A stretch of DNA of 64,000 nt, taken from positions 1,440,001 through 1,504,000 of the forward strand of contig OZ245015.1 of the NCBI GenBank assembly GCA_965223705.1, in the 5' to 3' direction. Made by a program: the position numbers and the translations under genes. The notes beneath the pieces are model-generated. The model was not told the origin of the DNA, did not search any database, and saw nothing but the letters and a program-made list of their open reading frames with translations. This DNA comes from Myxococcota bacterium (GTDB lineage: Bacteria > Myxococcota_A > UBA9160 > UBA6930). Below are positions 49,137-58,144 of this stretch, one piece after another. Position 1 is the first letter of the stretch; every line of letters starts with the position of its first letter.

Positions 49137-51955
49137 GAGCTCTCGCAGCGGTCTTTTCCCTTGTCTGCCTGCTCGCTCACGCGGGGTTTGCCCAAGAAGC
49201 GAGCCTCGAGAGTGGACCCTGGGCCCGTGCGCTCGATCGCTCGGTCCCGGCCGTCGTCGCACTGCGGGTCGCGGCGACTCGACCTTTCGATACCGAGAGT
49301 GCGCTGGTCTCGAACGCGACGGGCTTCGTGGTGGACGCTGCACGTGGCCTCATCCTGACGAACCGCCACGTGGTGATGCCCGGCCCGGTGACCGCCGAAG
49401 CCGTTTTTCTCAACCACGAGAAGGTGGACGTGTTTCCGGTCTACCGCGATCCGGTGCACGATTTCGGATTTTTCCGCTTCGATCCGAAAGCGATCAAGTT
49501 CATGGAGCTGCGAGAGATTCGCTTGGCACCGGAACGCGCGAGAGTGGGGCGTGAGATCCGCATCCTGGGGAACGATGCCGGCGAAAAACTCTCGATCTTG
49601 GCCGGAACCCTGGCTCGACTCGATCGACAGGCGCCCCGCTACGGGCCGAGCCAATACAACGACTTCAACACGTTCTACTACCAGGCCGCTTCCGGGACCT
49701 CGGGCGGTTCCTCCGGGTCGCCGGTCATCGACCGCAGCGGTCATGCCGTGGCGCTCAACGCCGGTGCGAACCGGCGCGCAGCCTCGAGCTTCTTTCTGCC
49801 GCTGCATCGTGTCGTTCGCGCGCTCTCGTTGTTGCAGTCGGAAGAGACTGTCGCGCGCGGGACGATCCAGACGGTCTTTCGGCACGAGTCCTATGATGAA
49901 CTTCGCCGTTTGGGCCTGCCCGCGGATCTCGAGCGTGTGTCCCGCGAGCGCTTCCACGAGCACTCGGGCCTGCTGGTGGTTCGCAGCACCGTCGCCGGTA
50001 GCCCCGCGCGTCGGCACCTCACTCCCGGCGATATCTTGCTCTCGGTCGACGACGAACCGGTTGCCGCGTTCGAAGCGCTTGAGCAGATCCTCGACGGGGC
50101 CGTCAACCGCGAGGTGTCGCTCGACATCATTCGCGGCGGCGCGCACGTCGAAGCGACACTTCCGGTCGACGATCTCCACGCACTGACGCCGGCCGAATAC
50201 CTGGAGTGGAGCGGCGCGGTCATCCACGCCTTGTCCTACCAACAAGCGCGCAACCACGGCCTGCCCACGGGAAGCCTCTACGTCGCATCGAGCGGCTATG
50301 CACTGTCTCGCGGCGGCATTCCGTCGCGCGCTGTGATCACCCACGTCGGAGGCGAAGCCGCGCAGAACCTGACGGACCTCGAGCGATTGTTGTCCGAACG
50401 GGCAGACGGAGAGCGAATTCCCGTCCGTTTCTTCCGGGTTCGGTCGCCCCGCAGTCCGCAGATCGCCCTCGTGACCGTCGACCGGCGCTGGTTTCCGATG
50501 CAACGCTGCCGACGCGACGATGTGTCGGGTCGCTGGCCGTGTTCGTTGTCCGATCCACCTCCGCCCACACCCGCAGCGGTTCCCGACACCGTGAAGCTCG
50601 ATTTTCGCGGTCCGAAGCCGGCCCGGGCGCTCGCTCGCTCGCTCGTGTTCGTCGAGTTCCACGTTCCGTACAAGACCGACGGCGTTCAGGCGACTTCGTT
50701 CAGCGGAGCGGGGCTCATCGTCGATGCGGAGCGCGGGTTGGTCGTCGTCGATCGTGACACGGTGCCCGTTGCCCTCGGCGACTTGCACATGACCTTCGGC
50801 GGACAGCTCAAGATCCCCGCCGAAGTCGTGTTCCTCCACCCGGAGCACAACTTCACGTTTCTGCGCTACGACCCGAAGCTCATCGGTGAAACCAAGGTGC
50901 GAGCGGCCAAATTGCGCCCGCACCCCCTGCGCACGGGCGATCGCGTGTGGCTCGTCGGGATGAACTCCCGTCAAGACCTGGTCGCCCGAAAGACCCAGGT
51001 CGAACGGCAGGACCCGGTGGCCCTGCCGATCCCCAACCCGCCGAGGTTCCGCCAAATCAACGCCCTCCTGACGACCTTGACCGAGCTTCCGCCCACGGTC
51101 GGCGGCGTCTTGGCCGATCGGCGCGGTCGCGTTCATGCGTTGTGGTCTTCGTTCTCGACGCAGCGGGACGGCGAACCGAGCTCCTTCTTCGGCGGCTTTC
51201 CCATCGGTCCTGTGGTGGATGCGCTCGACGCGGTAAGACAGGGAAGGGCGCTGTCTTGGCGGACCCTCGGCGTCGAGCTCGCTCTCCTACGCGTCGCCGA
51301 TGCGCGCGCCCGGGGACTTTCTCGCGAAGAGGCAGCCCCGTTTTCGGGGTCTGGAGGCCGCGTTCTGGCGATCCGGCGAATCGCCTCGGATGCGCCCGCG
51401 GCATCGCTTCTCCAGGCCGGCGATTTGCTTCTCGGGATGAACGGCGAACCCGCACTCGACCTCCGCAGCGTCCAGCGCGCGTCCCAAGAGCAAACCGTTG
51501 CATTGCGCGTCTTGCGCGACGGCGAGCCCCTCGAGCTCGTGGTCGAGACGTTACCCGTGTCCTCGGTCGGTACGGAGCGAGCGCTGATCTGGGCGGGAGC
51601 GCTGCTGCAAGACCCGCCCCGATTCCTCGCGACACAGCGCGGCCTCGCGCTCTCGGGTGTCTACGTCGCCGCGCGCTGGCGCGGATCGCCGAGTGAGCGC
51701 TTCGGTCTCCAGCCGACCATGCGCATCACGGCGGCGAACGGCCGCCCCACACCCGACCTCGAGGCGTTCCTCGAAGCCGTTCGCGAGATCCCGGATCGGG
51801 GCGCCGTTCGCCTTCGGTTGGTCGATCTTCGGGGGCAGCCGCGGGTCGCGACCCTCGAGACCGATGACCACGACTGGCCATTCCAGATCCTATCGCGCAT
51901 GTCGGACGGTTTGCGTCGCGGGCGGATCGAGCCCGTCGTGGCGCGGGCGCCTTAG
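49133..51955 (+). CDS. Secreted Nma111/Ynm3/DEG7-like tandem HtrA serine protease with PDZ domains
   Basis: Signal peptide; ATGFVVDA..GLILTNRHVV, YRDPVHDFGF, GGSSGSPV; degenerate second protease domain; PDZ-like GDILL/GDLLL segments. Confidence 0.88.
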   Translation: MRALAAVFSLVCLLAHAGFAQEASLESGPWARALDRSVPAVVALRVAATRPFDTESALVSNATGFVVDAARGLILTNRHVVMPGPVTAEAVFLNHEKVDVFPVYRDPVHDFGFFRFDPKAIKFMELREIRLAPERARVGREIRILGNDAGEKLSILAGTLARLDRQAPRYGPSQYNDFNTFYYQAASGTSGGSSGSPVIDRSGHAVALNAGANRRAASSFFLPLHRVVRALSLLQSEETVARGTIQTVFRHESYDELRRLGLPADLERVSRERFHEHSGLLVVRSTVAGSPARRHLTPGDILLSVDDEPVAAFEALEQILDGAVNREVSLDIIRGGAHVEATLPVDDLHALTPAEYLEWSGAVIHALSYQQARNHGLPTGSLYVASSGYALSRGGIPSRAVITHVGGEAAQNLTDLERLLSERADGERIPVRFFRVRSPRSPQIALVTVDRRWFPMQRCRRDDVSGRWPCSLSDPPPPTPAAVPDTVKLDFRGPKPARALARSLVFVEFHVPYKTDGVQATSFSGAGLIVDAERGLVVVDRDTVPVALGDLHMTFGGQLKIPAEVVFLHPEHNFTFLRYDPKLIGETKVRAAKLRPHPLRTGDRVWLVGMNSRQDLVARKTQVERQDPVALPIPNPPRFRQINALLTTLTELPPTVGGVLADRRGRVHALWSSFSTQRDGEPSSFFGGFPIGPVVDALDAVRQGRALSWRTLGVELALLRVADARARGLSREEAAPFSGSGGRVLAIRRIASDAPAASLLQAGDLLLGMNGEPALDLRSVQRASQEQTVALRVLRDGEPLELVVETLPVSSVGTERALIWAGALLQDPPRFLATQRGLALSGVYVAARWRGSPSERFGLQPTMRITAANGRPTPDLEAFLEAVREIPDRGAVRLRLVDLRGQPRVATLETDDHDWPFQILSRMSDGLRRGRIEPVVARAP

Positions 51956-51959
51956 CGTC

Positions 51960-52664
51960 GTGAGCTTTTCGTCGCGGCTCGCGAGCGTGCTGCGCGCGGG
52001 CGCGGGCAGTCGCGCGCGCAATGCGCGGGTGAACCTTCCACGCGCATCCGAACTTTGGCTCTATGAATTCGAGGCGTGTCCCTTCTGCCGAAAAGTGCGC
52101 GAGCTTCTCACCTTCCTCGATTTGGAGGCCACCATCTTCCCCTGCCCGAAAGGCGGGACACGCTACCGACCCGACGCGATACGCCGCGGCGGCAAAGCGC
52201 AGTTTCCGTTTCTCGTGGACCGTCGCGCCGACTGCCAGATCTACGAATCGGACGCGATCATCGCGCACTTGGCGTCGGCTTACGGGGAGGGTCAGATCCC
52301 CGTCTCCCTAAGGCTGGGACCGGTCACGAGTGCGACGGCTAGCGCAGCTTCGCTGGTCCGAGGCGCGGCGGGAACCTTTGCTCGCCCGAGCCATCCCGCG
52401 GAGCAGCCACTCGTCCTGTACGGCTTCGAGGCATGTCCCGAGACGCGGCCGATTCGGGAAGCCCTCTGTGTCTACGAGGTGCCGTATGTGTTGCGGAACG
52501 CCGCGCCGGGCAGTCGCAGGCGCGGCGAACTCGCGCGACTCTCGGACGGGGGAACCGCGCCCTATCTCGAAGACCCGAATACGGGCGAGGCGCGTGTCGG
52601 CGCGGAGAACGCCGCGGCGTACGTTCGGGCCACATACGCCGCGGCGAGCCCCGCTGCTTTCTAG
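51960..52664 (+). CDS. Tandem GST N-terminal/glutaredoxin-like domain protein
   Basis: YEFEACPFCRKVRE, GGKAQFPFLVD, YESDAII; second repeat FEACPET..PYLEDPNTG; GTG 51960. Confidence 0.85.
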   Translation: MSFSSRLASVLRAGAGSRARNARVNLPRASELWLYEFEACPFCRKVRELLTFLDLEATIFPCPKGGTRYRPDAIRRGGKAQFPFLVDRRADCQIYESDAIIAHLASAYGEGQIPVSLRLGPVTSATASAASLVRGAAGTFARPSHPAEQPLVLYGFEACPETRPIREALCVYEVPYVLRNAAPGSRRRGELARLSDGGTAPYLEDPNTGEARVGAENAAAYVRATYAAASPAAF

Positions 52665-53311
52665 CCCTTCATGCCCACTTGTTCGTGGGCGGGATGCAAG
52701 CTCTTCGTTGCGCTGTCCCGACTGCTCATCCGCTCGTACCAGCCCGCGAGGTTCTTGAGCGCTGGGTCCAAGGGCTGACCCACGCCTTGCATGAAGTCGA
52801 GGCAGCCGAAGAGGAAGATGTCCGGCAGCCGCATTTCGTTCCCCGACACGTAGTCGCGACCTTTCATCTGCTCGTCGAGCCAAGCCAGGCCCTTGCGCGC
52901 TTTCTCCTTGAGGCCGTCGGCGGCTTCGGGAATGCAGTGCAGCCGGTCCTTGAAGATCTCGATGCCCTCGGCATAGCGGAACGCGTTGTACATGTGCTCC
53001 GTGATGCCGAGCTCGATCCGGCGCTGCCACTGGCTCGTGTTCGCGCGTTCCTCGGGTGTCGCTCCGATGAGCACGGGCGTCGGGTGCTTCTCTTCGAGGT
53101 ACTCGCAAATCGTGACCGTCTCGCCGATCACTGTACCGTCGTCGAGCTCGAGCGCGGGCATTTGACCACCGGGGTTTTCGTCCGTGTACGGCGGGCGGCG
53201 GTTTTCACCACCCATCAAATCCACGTCGCGTGTCGGTAGGTCGAGGCCCTTCTCGATGAGGAACATGCGAACGAGTCGGGGATTGGGTCCAAAGGAGTTA
53301 ACTAGTTTCAC
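52661..53311 (-). CDS. Glutathione S-transferase family protein
   Basis: GPNPRLVRMFLIEKG, NPGGQMPALELDDG, ETVTICEYLEE; GTG 53311 after GGAG. Confidence 0.9.
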   Translation of the reverse strand: MKLVNSFGPNPRLVRMFLIEKGLDLPTRDVDLMGGENRRPPYTDENPGGQMPALELDDGTVIGETVTICEYLEEKHPTPVLIGATPEERANTSQWQRRIELGITEHMYNAFRYAEGIEIFKDRLHCIPEAADGLKEKARKGLAWLDEQMKGRDYVSGNEMRLPDIFLFGCLDFMQGVGQPLDPALKNLAGWYERMSSRDSATKSLHPAHEQVGMKG

Positions 53312-53342
53312 GGGATCTCCAGTTGCTTGGGGTAGTGCGCCG

Positions 53343-54959
53343 TCAGGAACGGCGGGATTCGCCCGAAGGCGTAAACACGTTGTCAGCGGTTTTCGAGAAC
53401 GCCTCGAGGAGGAAACGCTCTTGCGGTTTCTCCGAGGCGGTTTTGGGGATCTCGTCGACCATCTGCAGGAAACTCGGAACGAAATTCGGTTCGAGGCCTT
53501 CGCGGCAGCGAGCAAAAACGGTTTCGGCGTCGCACGTGGTGCCCTCTGCCGATACGATAGCGGCGACGACGTCTTTTTCGCCCGGCGCGCCCGAAGCTGC
53601 CGGAACGCCGTACACAAACACATCCGACACGCTCGGGACCTCGGCGATGACTTTCTCGACGTAGCCGGGGTGCACGAAGTCGCCGTTGTGGCGGATGCCG
53701 CCGCCATCTCGGTAATCGAAAAACAACCAGCCGTCCTCGTCGGCGTGACCGATATCGCCGCTTCGCAGCCAACCGCCTCGGGTTTTCTTCTCCGAGGCAT
53801 CGGGCTTGTTGTAGTAGTTGACGACCGGGGCTTCGCCGCCTTGCGGTCGCGAGCAGATTTCTCCGCGCACGAAGGGCGGGCACTCGACATCATTCTCATC
53901 GAGGATCTTCATCTCGAGGCCCGGGCCGGCTTTGCCGAACGACCCCACGGGTCCTTGGCCGATGGGCTTCACCGCCAGGCCGCCCTCGACCGCGCCGTAC
54001 CACTCGAGAATGTCGACACCGAAGCGTCGTTCGAACGCTTCCCAGATCGTGGGGGGCATACCGGCGCTCGTCACCATGCGCACGGGGTTGTCGGCGTCGT
54101 CGGGCTTCTCCGGCTCGGAGTAGATCGCGGTTGCCATCCCGCCGAGGAGGGAGAACGTCGTGCAGCCATGCTTTCGGCAGATGTCGAGCAAGCGAGATTT
54201 CGTGAAGCGGCGACTGATCACCGCCGGAAGCCCCATTCCCATCGCGTTGCCCAGAGTGACCGCCTGGGCGTTGCCGTGGGTGAGCGAAAGGCCGGTGTAC
54301 AGAATGTCTGAACGATCGAAATGGAACAGCAACTCGCCGAGGCGCGAGAACAGTCCAAAGCGCCCGTTGTCCATCACCACGCCCTTGGGATCGCCCGTGG
54401 TGCCCGACGTGTAGATGATCTGGAGCGGCGCCTTCGCATCGTCGAGGCGGCAGTCCGCGGGCTTCGCTTCCTCGAGAACACCGCCGAGCGCTTCGACGCC
54501 GGGCCAGTCGCTGACTCCAGGTGCGTCGTCTTCACCGGTTTCCGCAGCGAGGACGAAGCGCACATCGGGGAGTTCCGCGCGGACCTCGTCCCACTGCCGG
54601 AGGTTGTAGTCGGCGAGCACCACGGCTTCCGACCCCGAGTTGCGGAGCGTGTAGCCGAGCTTTTCTCCGCGCATCCGGGGATCGATGGGCACGAACACGG
54701 TTCCCGAGAGCGACGCGGCGATCATCGCTTCGACGAACTCCGGGTGGTTCCGCATCATCAGACCGAAACGGTCGCCGCGCCCGAGGCCGCGGTCGGACAA
54801 CACCGCGGCGAGCCGACGCCCCCGGTCGAGGAGCTCGGCGAATGTACGTGTCTCGTCTTCTCGGCCGGCGCACTCGAATGTCAGAACGCGAAAGTCGGGG
54901 TCGCTCTCGGCGCGCGCCGAGGCGATCGCCGCCAGCGTTCCGTCGGGGGGAGAGGTCAA
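53343..54959 (-). CDS. AMP-dependent acyl-CoA ligase (CaiC-like)
   Basis: IYTSGTTGDPKG, WYGAVEG, WLRSGDIG, IPKTASEK. Confidence 0.9.
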   Translation of the reverse strand: MTSPPDGTLAAIASARAESDPDFRVLTFECAGREDETRTFAELLDRGRRLAAVLSDRGLGRGDRFGLMMRNHPEFVEAMIAASLSGTVFVPIDPRMRGEKLGYTLRNSGSEAVVLADYNLRQWDEVRAELPDVRFVLAAETGEDDAPGVSDWPGVEALGGVLEEAKPADCRLDDAKAPLQIIYTSGTTGDPKGVVMDNGRFGLFSRLGELLFHFDRSDILYTGLSLTHGNAQAVTLGNAMGMGLPAVISRRFTKSRLLDICRKHGCTTFSLLGGMATAIYSEPEKPDDADNPVRMVTSAGMPPTIWEAFERRFGVDILEWYGAVEGGLAVKPIGQGPVGSFGKAGPGLEMKILDENDVECPPFVRGEICSRPQGGEAPVVNYYNKPDASEKKTRGGWLRSGDIGHADEDGWLFFDYRDGGGIRHNGDFVHPGYVEKVIAEVPSVSDVFVYGVPAASGAPGEKDVVAAIVSAEGTTCDAETVFARCREGLEPNFVPSFLQMVDEIPKTASEKPQERFLLEAFSKTADNVFTPSGESRRS

Positions 54960-54967
54960 GGGCGCTG

Positions 54968-56197
54968 TTACTTCTGGAGAATGGTCACGCTCATCGCCGC
55001 CGCGTCATTGCCGATGCTGCCGCCGCCGTTCTGCGCCATGCCGACCTTGGCGTTGGGCACCTGGCGGGCATCGCAAAGGCCGCGGAGCTGCTCGGTGAGC
55101 TCCGTGATTTGCGCGAGTCCCGTCGCGCCCACCGGGTGTCCTTTGCGGAGGAGACCGCCGCTCGGATTCACCGGGAGGCGACCGCCCAAACGCGTGTCTC
55201 CGGAATCGATCAAGCTTCCGCCTTGGCCTTCCTCACACAGTCCGAACTCTTCGTAGTAGTGGAGTTCCGCGGGAGCGGATGCGTCGTGACATTCGATCAC
55301 CGACAGATCGTCCGGCCCGACGCCCGCCGCTTCGTAGGCCTCGCTCACGCACAGAGCGACCGTGCCGGGTTCGTCGGCTTCGTGGTCCCAGCCGGAGTGG
55401 AGCACGGTCGATGCGATCCGAATCGGCTGACGCACGCCGAGTTCCCGCGCTTTCCGTTCGCTCATCACGATTGCCGCAGCAGCCCCGTCGCCGATGGGTG
55501 AACACATCGAGCGGGTCAGCGGCTCCGCGATCATCCGATCGGCGAGTACTTCGTCGACGCTCAGCGACGTCTGGAACTGCGCTTTCGGGTTCAGGCTGCC
55601 GTGGAAAGCGTTCTTCGCGGCGACCGCGGCGAACTGCGCTGCCGTCGTTCCGTAGGTCTGCATGTGTTTGCGCGCCGAAGCGGCGTAGAAATCCATGAAC
55701 ATGCTGCGCTTGTCGCCGGCACCTTCCGTCGCCTTTTCGGCCCCGGCCGCGGCGGCGTTCTTTTTCAGGTTGGCGACGATTTCGGCCATCTCTTCCGTGT
55801 CGACGGCGCTGCCGATCGCGCGGAAGCTCCGGGTCTTGTCCTCGTGGTAGAGCTTCTCGACGCCGAGAGCCAACACGACGTCGTACACGCCGGCGCCGAC
55901 CATCGCCGTCGCCTGGTGGAACGCCGTGGAGCCGCTGGCGCAGGCGTTTTCGACGTTGATCACGGGGATCGTGCCGATGCCCGCCGAGCGGAGCACGACC
56001 TGGCCGCGAATGCATTCCTGGCCCGTGACGAGACCGGCCATCGCGTTGCCGACGTAGGCCGCCTCGATGGCTTGGGGCTCTATGCCGGCGTTCTCGATCG
56101 CAGCGAGTACGGCCTCGCGACCGAGGGCCTTGAGTCCGATGTCCAAGTGCTTGCCGAACCGCGTCATTCCGACGCCGGCGATAACAGGGCGCTCCAT
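54968..56197 (-). CDS. Thiolase family protein (SCP2-thiolase-like)
   Basis: VENACASG, CSPIGDGAAA, ECHDA, NPSGGL..KGHPVGATG. Confidence 0.92.
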   Translation of the reverse strand: MERPVIAGVGMTRFGKHLDIGLKALGREAVLAAIENAGIEPQAIEAAYVGNAMAGLVTGQECIRGQVVLRSAGIGTIPVINVENACASGSTAFHQATAMVGAGVYDVVLALGVEKLYHEDKTRSFRAIGSAVDTEEMAEIVANLKKNAAAAGAEKATEGAGDKRSMFMDFYAASARKHMQTYGTTAAQFAAVAAKNAFHGSLNPKAQFQTSLSVDEVLADRMIAEPLTRSMCSPIGDGAAAAIVMSERKARELGVRQPIRIASTVLHSGWDHEADEPGTVALCVSEAYEAAGVGPDDLSVIECHDASAPAELHYYEEFGLCEEGQGGSLIDSGDTRLGGRLPVNPSGGLLRKGHPVGATGLAQITELTEQLRGLCDARQVPNAKVGMAQNGGGSIGNDAAAMSVTILQK

Positions 56198-56221
56198 GGG
56201 GTACCTCCGAAGTCGACCCGC

Positions 56222-56230
56222 ATTGTACCA
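56222..56230 (-). promoter_or_regulatory. Extended -10 promoter for thiolase-ligase-GST operon
   Basis: Minus strand TGgTACAAT, followed by SD GGAGGT and ATG 56197. Confidence 0.55.
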
Positions 56231-56308
56231 GAGGGGACGGGCGAGATTCGGCGTTGCAGAAGGGGGGCTTCGTGAGGTCTACTGCGGTGTCGCGCCAAGG
56301 AGACCAGC

Positions 56309-57091
56309 ATGGAATTCAAAGAAGTCTTGGGAATCCGTCGATCGATCCGCTATTTCGACCCCGAGCGTCCCGTCGAACGCGAAAAGATCCAGAAAATCCT
56401 CGAAGCCATGCGGATCGCGTCATGCGCGGTCAACGCGCACTGGTTGCGCGCGATCGTGATCAACAAGGAAGACATCCCACCCGACACGATGGAGGCGCTG
56501 AAAACGCCCGTCGCGGCCCTCGTCCAGGAACTCTCGCCGGTCCACATCTACTGCTACATGGACCTCGGCGTCGTCAACCGCATCAAGGGGACGCGGCTGA
56601 AAGAGCTGATCGACGCCGGAGCGCTCAACCCGACTCACGGGTGGAGCTACCAGTTCGTCGACGAGGTGGTCTACCCCACAGTGCTCGCGCCGCTGACAGA
56701 GAATCCGGCGTATCCGGTCGCGGCCGCCTTCGACGCCGGCGGAGCGGCCTTCCAGGGCCTCCTGATGGCGTTCGACGAAGGGCTCGGCGCCTGCTGGACC
56801 GCCTTCAACCCGGAGCCGGTCGCCGAGATGCTCGAAGTTCCCGAAGATTGGGCGCCCCTTTACGTGATGAACCTGGGTTATCCGGCGGAGTCGCGAGAAG
56901 CCGGCGGTCAACGGCCCCGTCCGCCTTTCGAAGAACTCTATTTCGAGGGGCGTTACGGCGAGCCCTTCGCCCGAGATCCGCTGGTCGTGAAAGACCTCGA
57001 AGAGTCGAACATGCTCCAAGACCCGGCACCGCTCCCGAACCGGAAGCAGGAGATTCGCGACATCGCCCGCAAGCTCGGGTTGCCCGAGTAG
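56309..57091 (+). CDS. Nitroreductase (FMN-binding) family protein
   Basis: RRSIRYF N-terminal motif, EGLGACW, LGYPAE; SD AAGGAG. Confidence 0.85.
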   Translation: MEFKEVLGIRRSIRYFDPERPVEREKIQKILEAMRIASCAVNAHWLRAIVINKEDIPPDTMEALKTPVAALVQELSPVHIYCYMDLGVVNRIKGTRLKELIDAGALNPTHGWSYQFVDEVVYPTVLAPLTENPAYPVAAAFDAGGAAFQGLLMAFDEGLGACWTAFNPEPVAEMLEVPEDWAPLYVMNLGYPAESREAGGQRPRPPFEELYFEGRYGEPFARDPLVVKDLEESNMLQDPAPLPNRKQEIRDIARKLGLPE

Positions 57092-57095
57092 ATTC

Positions 57096-57449
57096 GTGCC
57101 CGAGCAAGCGATCGATTCCTACGACAGCGTCGTGCGCTGGCGAGACGGTCTCATCCGCCAGTGGGGAGGAGACCCCCTCGCCGAGGAGCCCGAGAAGCTC
57201 GAGCACCTCGCTCGCTTTCTCACCTACCTAGGGAAAGACCCCGACGAAGCCGTCGCTTTCTGCTTCCTGCGCCGCAAGGAGACCGGAGAACGCTTCGCCA
57301 GTGCCAAACGCCGAGAAGTCCTGGTCGGCGACCTCCGCGGGTTCCGAGACGAGATGCCCGAGCGTGGGCTGGCGGCCCGCCGCGTCACTGCCAATGTGCT
57401 CTCGTTCTTTATCCACAACGGCATCTTGATCGATCCCGCTATGATCTAG
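57096..57449 (+). CDS. Hypothetical all-alpha protein
   Basis: GTG 4 nt after nitroreductase stop; codon usage like neighbours. Confidence 0.7.
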   Translation: MPEQAIDSYDSVVRWRDGLIRQWGGDPLAEEPEKLEHLARFLTYLGKDPDEAVAFCFLRRKETGERFASAKRREVLVGDLRGFRDEMPERGLAARRVTANVLSFFIHNGILIDPAMI

Positions 57450-57457
57450 ACGAAAAT

Positions 57458-57473
57458 TTGCCCCGCGGGGCAA
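57458..57473. repeat. Perfect 16-bp palindrome TTGCCCCGCGGGGCAA
   Basis: Read directly between the small ORF stop and the ECF sigma gene. Confidence 0.7.
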
Positions 57474-57529
57474 TCTGTTCTGGCCCGGCCAGCGTCTTAC
57501 TATGTAGGGAGCTGCTTGAGAGGAGAGCT

Positions 57530-58144
57530 ATGCCGGTGACGCACCCGGGCGTAGAGAGCGGAATCGCAGGTCGCAAGCCCTCACGGAAAATGTTCGCAGA
57601 CAGCGATGCGCCGAATCGCCGGGCCGGGGAGCTCTTGGCCCGTATGGCGCGCGGCGACGAGACGGCCTTGTTACTGCTGTACTCGCAACTCTCGGGCACG
57701 ATCTACGCCTGCACGCTCCGCATTCTGTCGGATGTGGAAGAGGCGAAAGACGCCACCGAAGAGATCTTCTTCCGATTGTGGTCGCGGGCGGATCGCTACG
57801 ACCCGAGTCGCTGCTCAGCGCTGGCTTGGATCCTGACCGTCGCCCGACGTTTTGCGCTCGACCGTAAACGCGCCATCACCCGGCGCGCGAGTGCGATGCG
57901 CCGCCTCGAAGAGGCGGCGCCGCCGGAAGCGAGTTCCCCCGATGGGCTGAATCGTCTCGATCTGCTGGCCGCATTGGAACAACTTTCGAGCAAGGATCGA
58001 GAGCTGCTCGAATCCGCTTACTTCGAGGGACTCACCGGCGCCGAGATCGCGCGCCGTGACGACCTTCCCCTGGGCACCGTCAAAACGCGCATCCGCGCCG
58101 CGGTCGCCCGCCTTCGCAAAGTCTTTCAGGGAGGCTCGCTATGA
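57530..58144 (+). CDS. ECF sigma factor (SigK-like)
   Basis: ARGDETALLLLY, YDPSR..WILTVARR.ALD, YFEGLT..EIA..LPLGTVKTRIR; ATG 57530 after AGGAG (57590 alternative). Confidence 0.9.
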   Translation: MPVTHPGVESGIAGRKPSRKMFADSDAPNRRAGELLARMARGDETALLLLYSQLSGTIYACTLRILSDVEEAKDATEEIFFRLWSRADRYDPSRCSALAWILTVARRFALDRKRAITRRASAMRRLEEAAPPEASSPDGLNRLDLLAALEQLSSKDRELLESAYFEGLTGAEIARRDDLPLGTVKTRIRAAVARLRKVFQGGSL

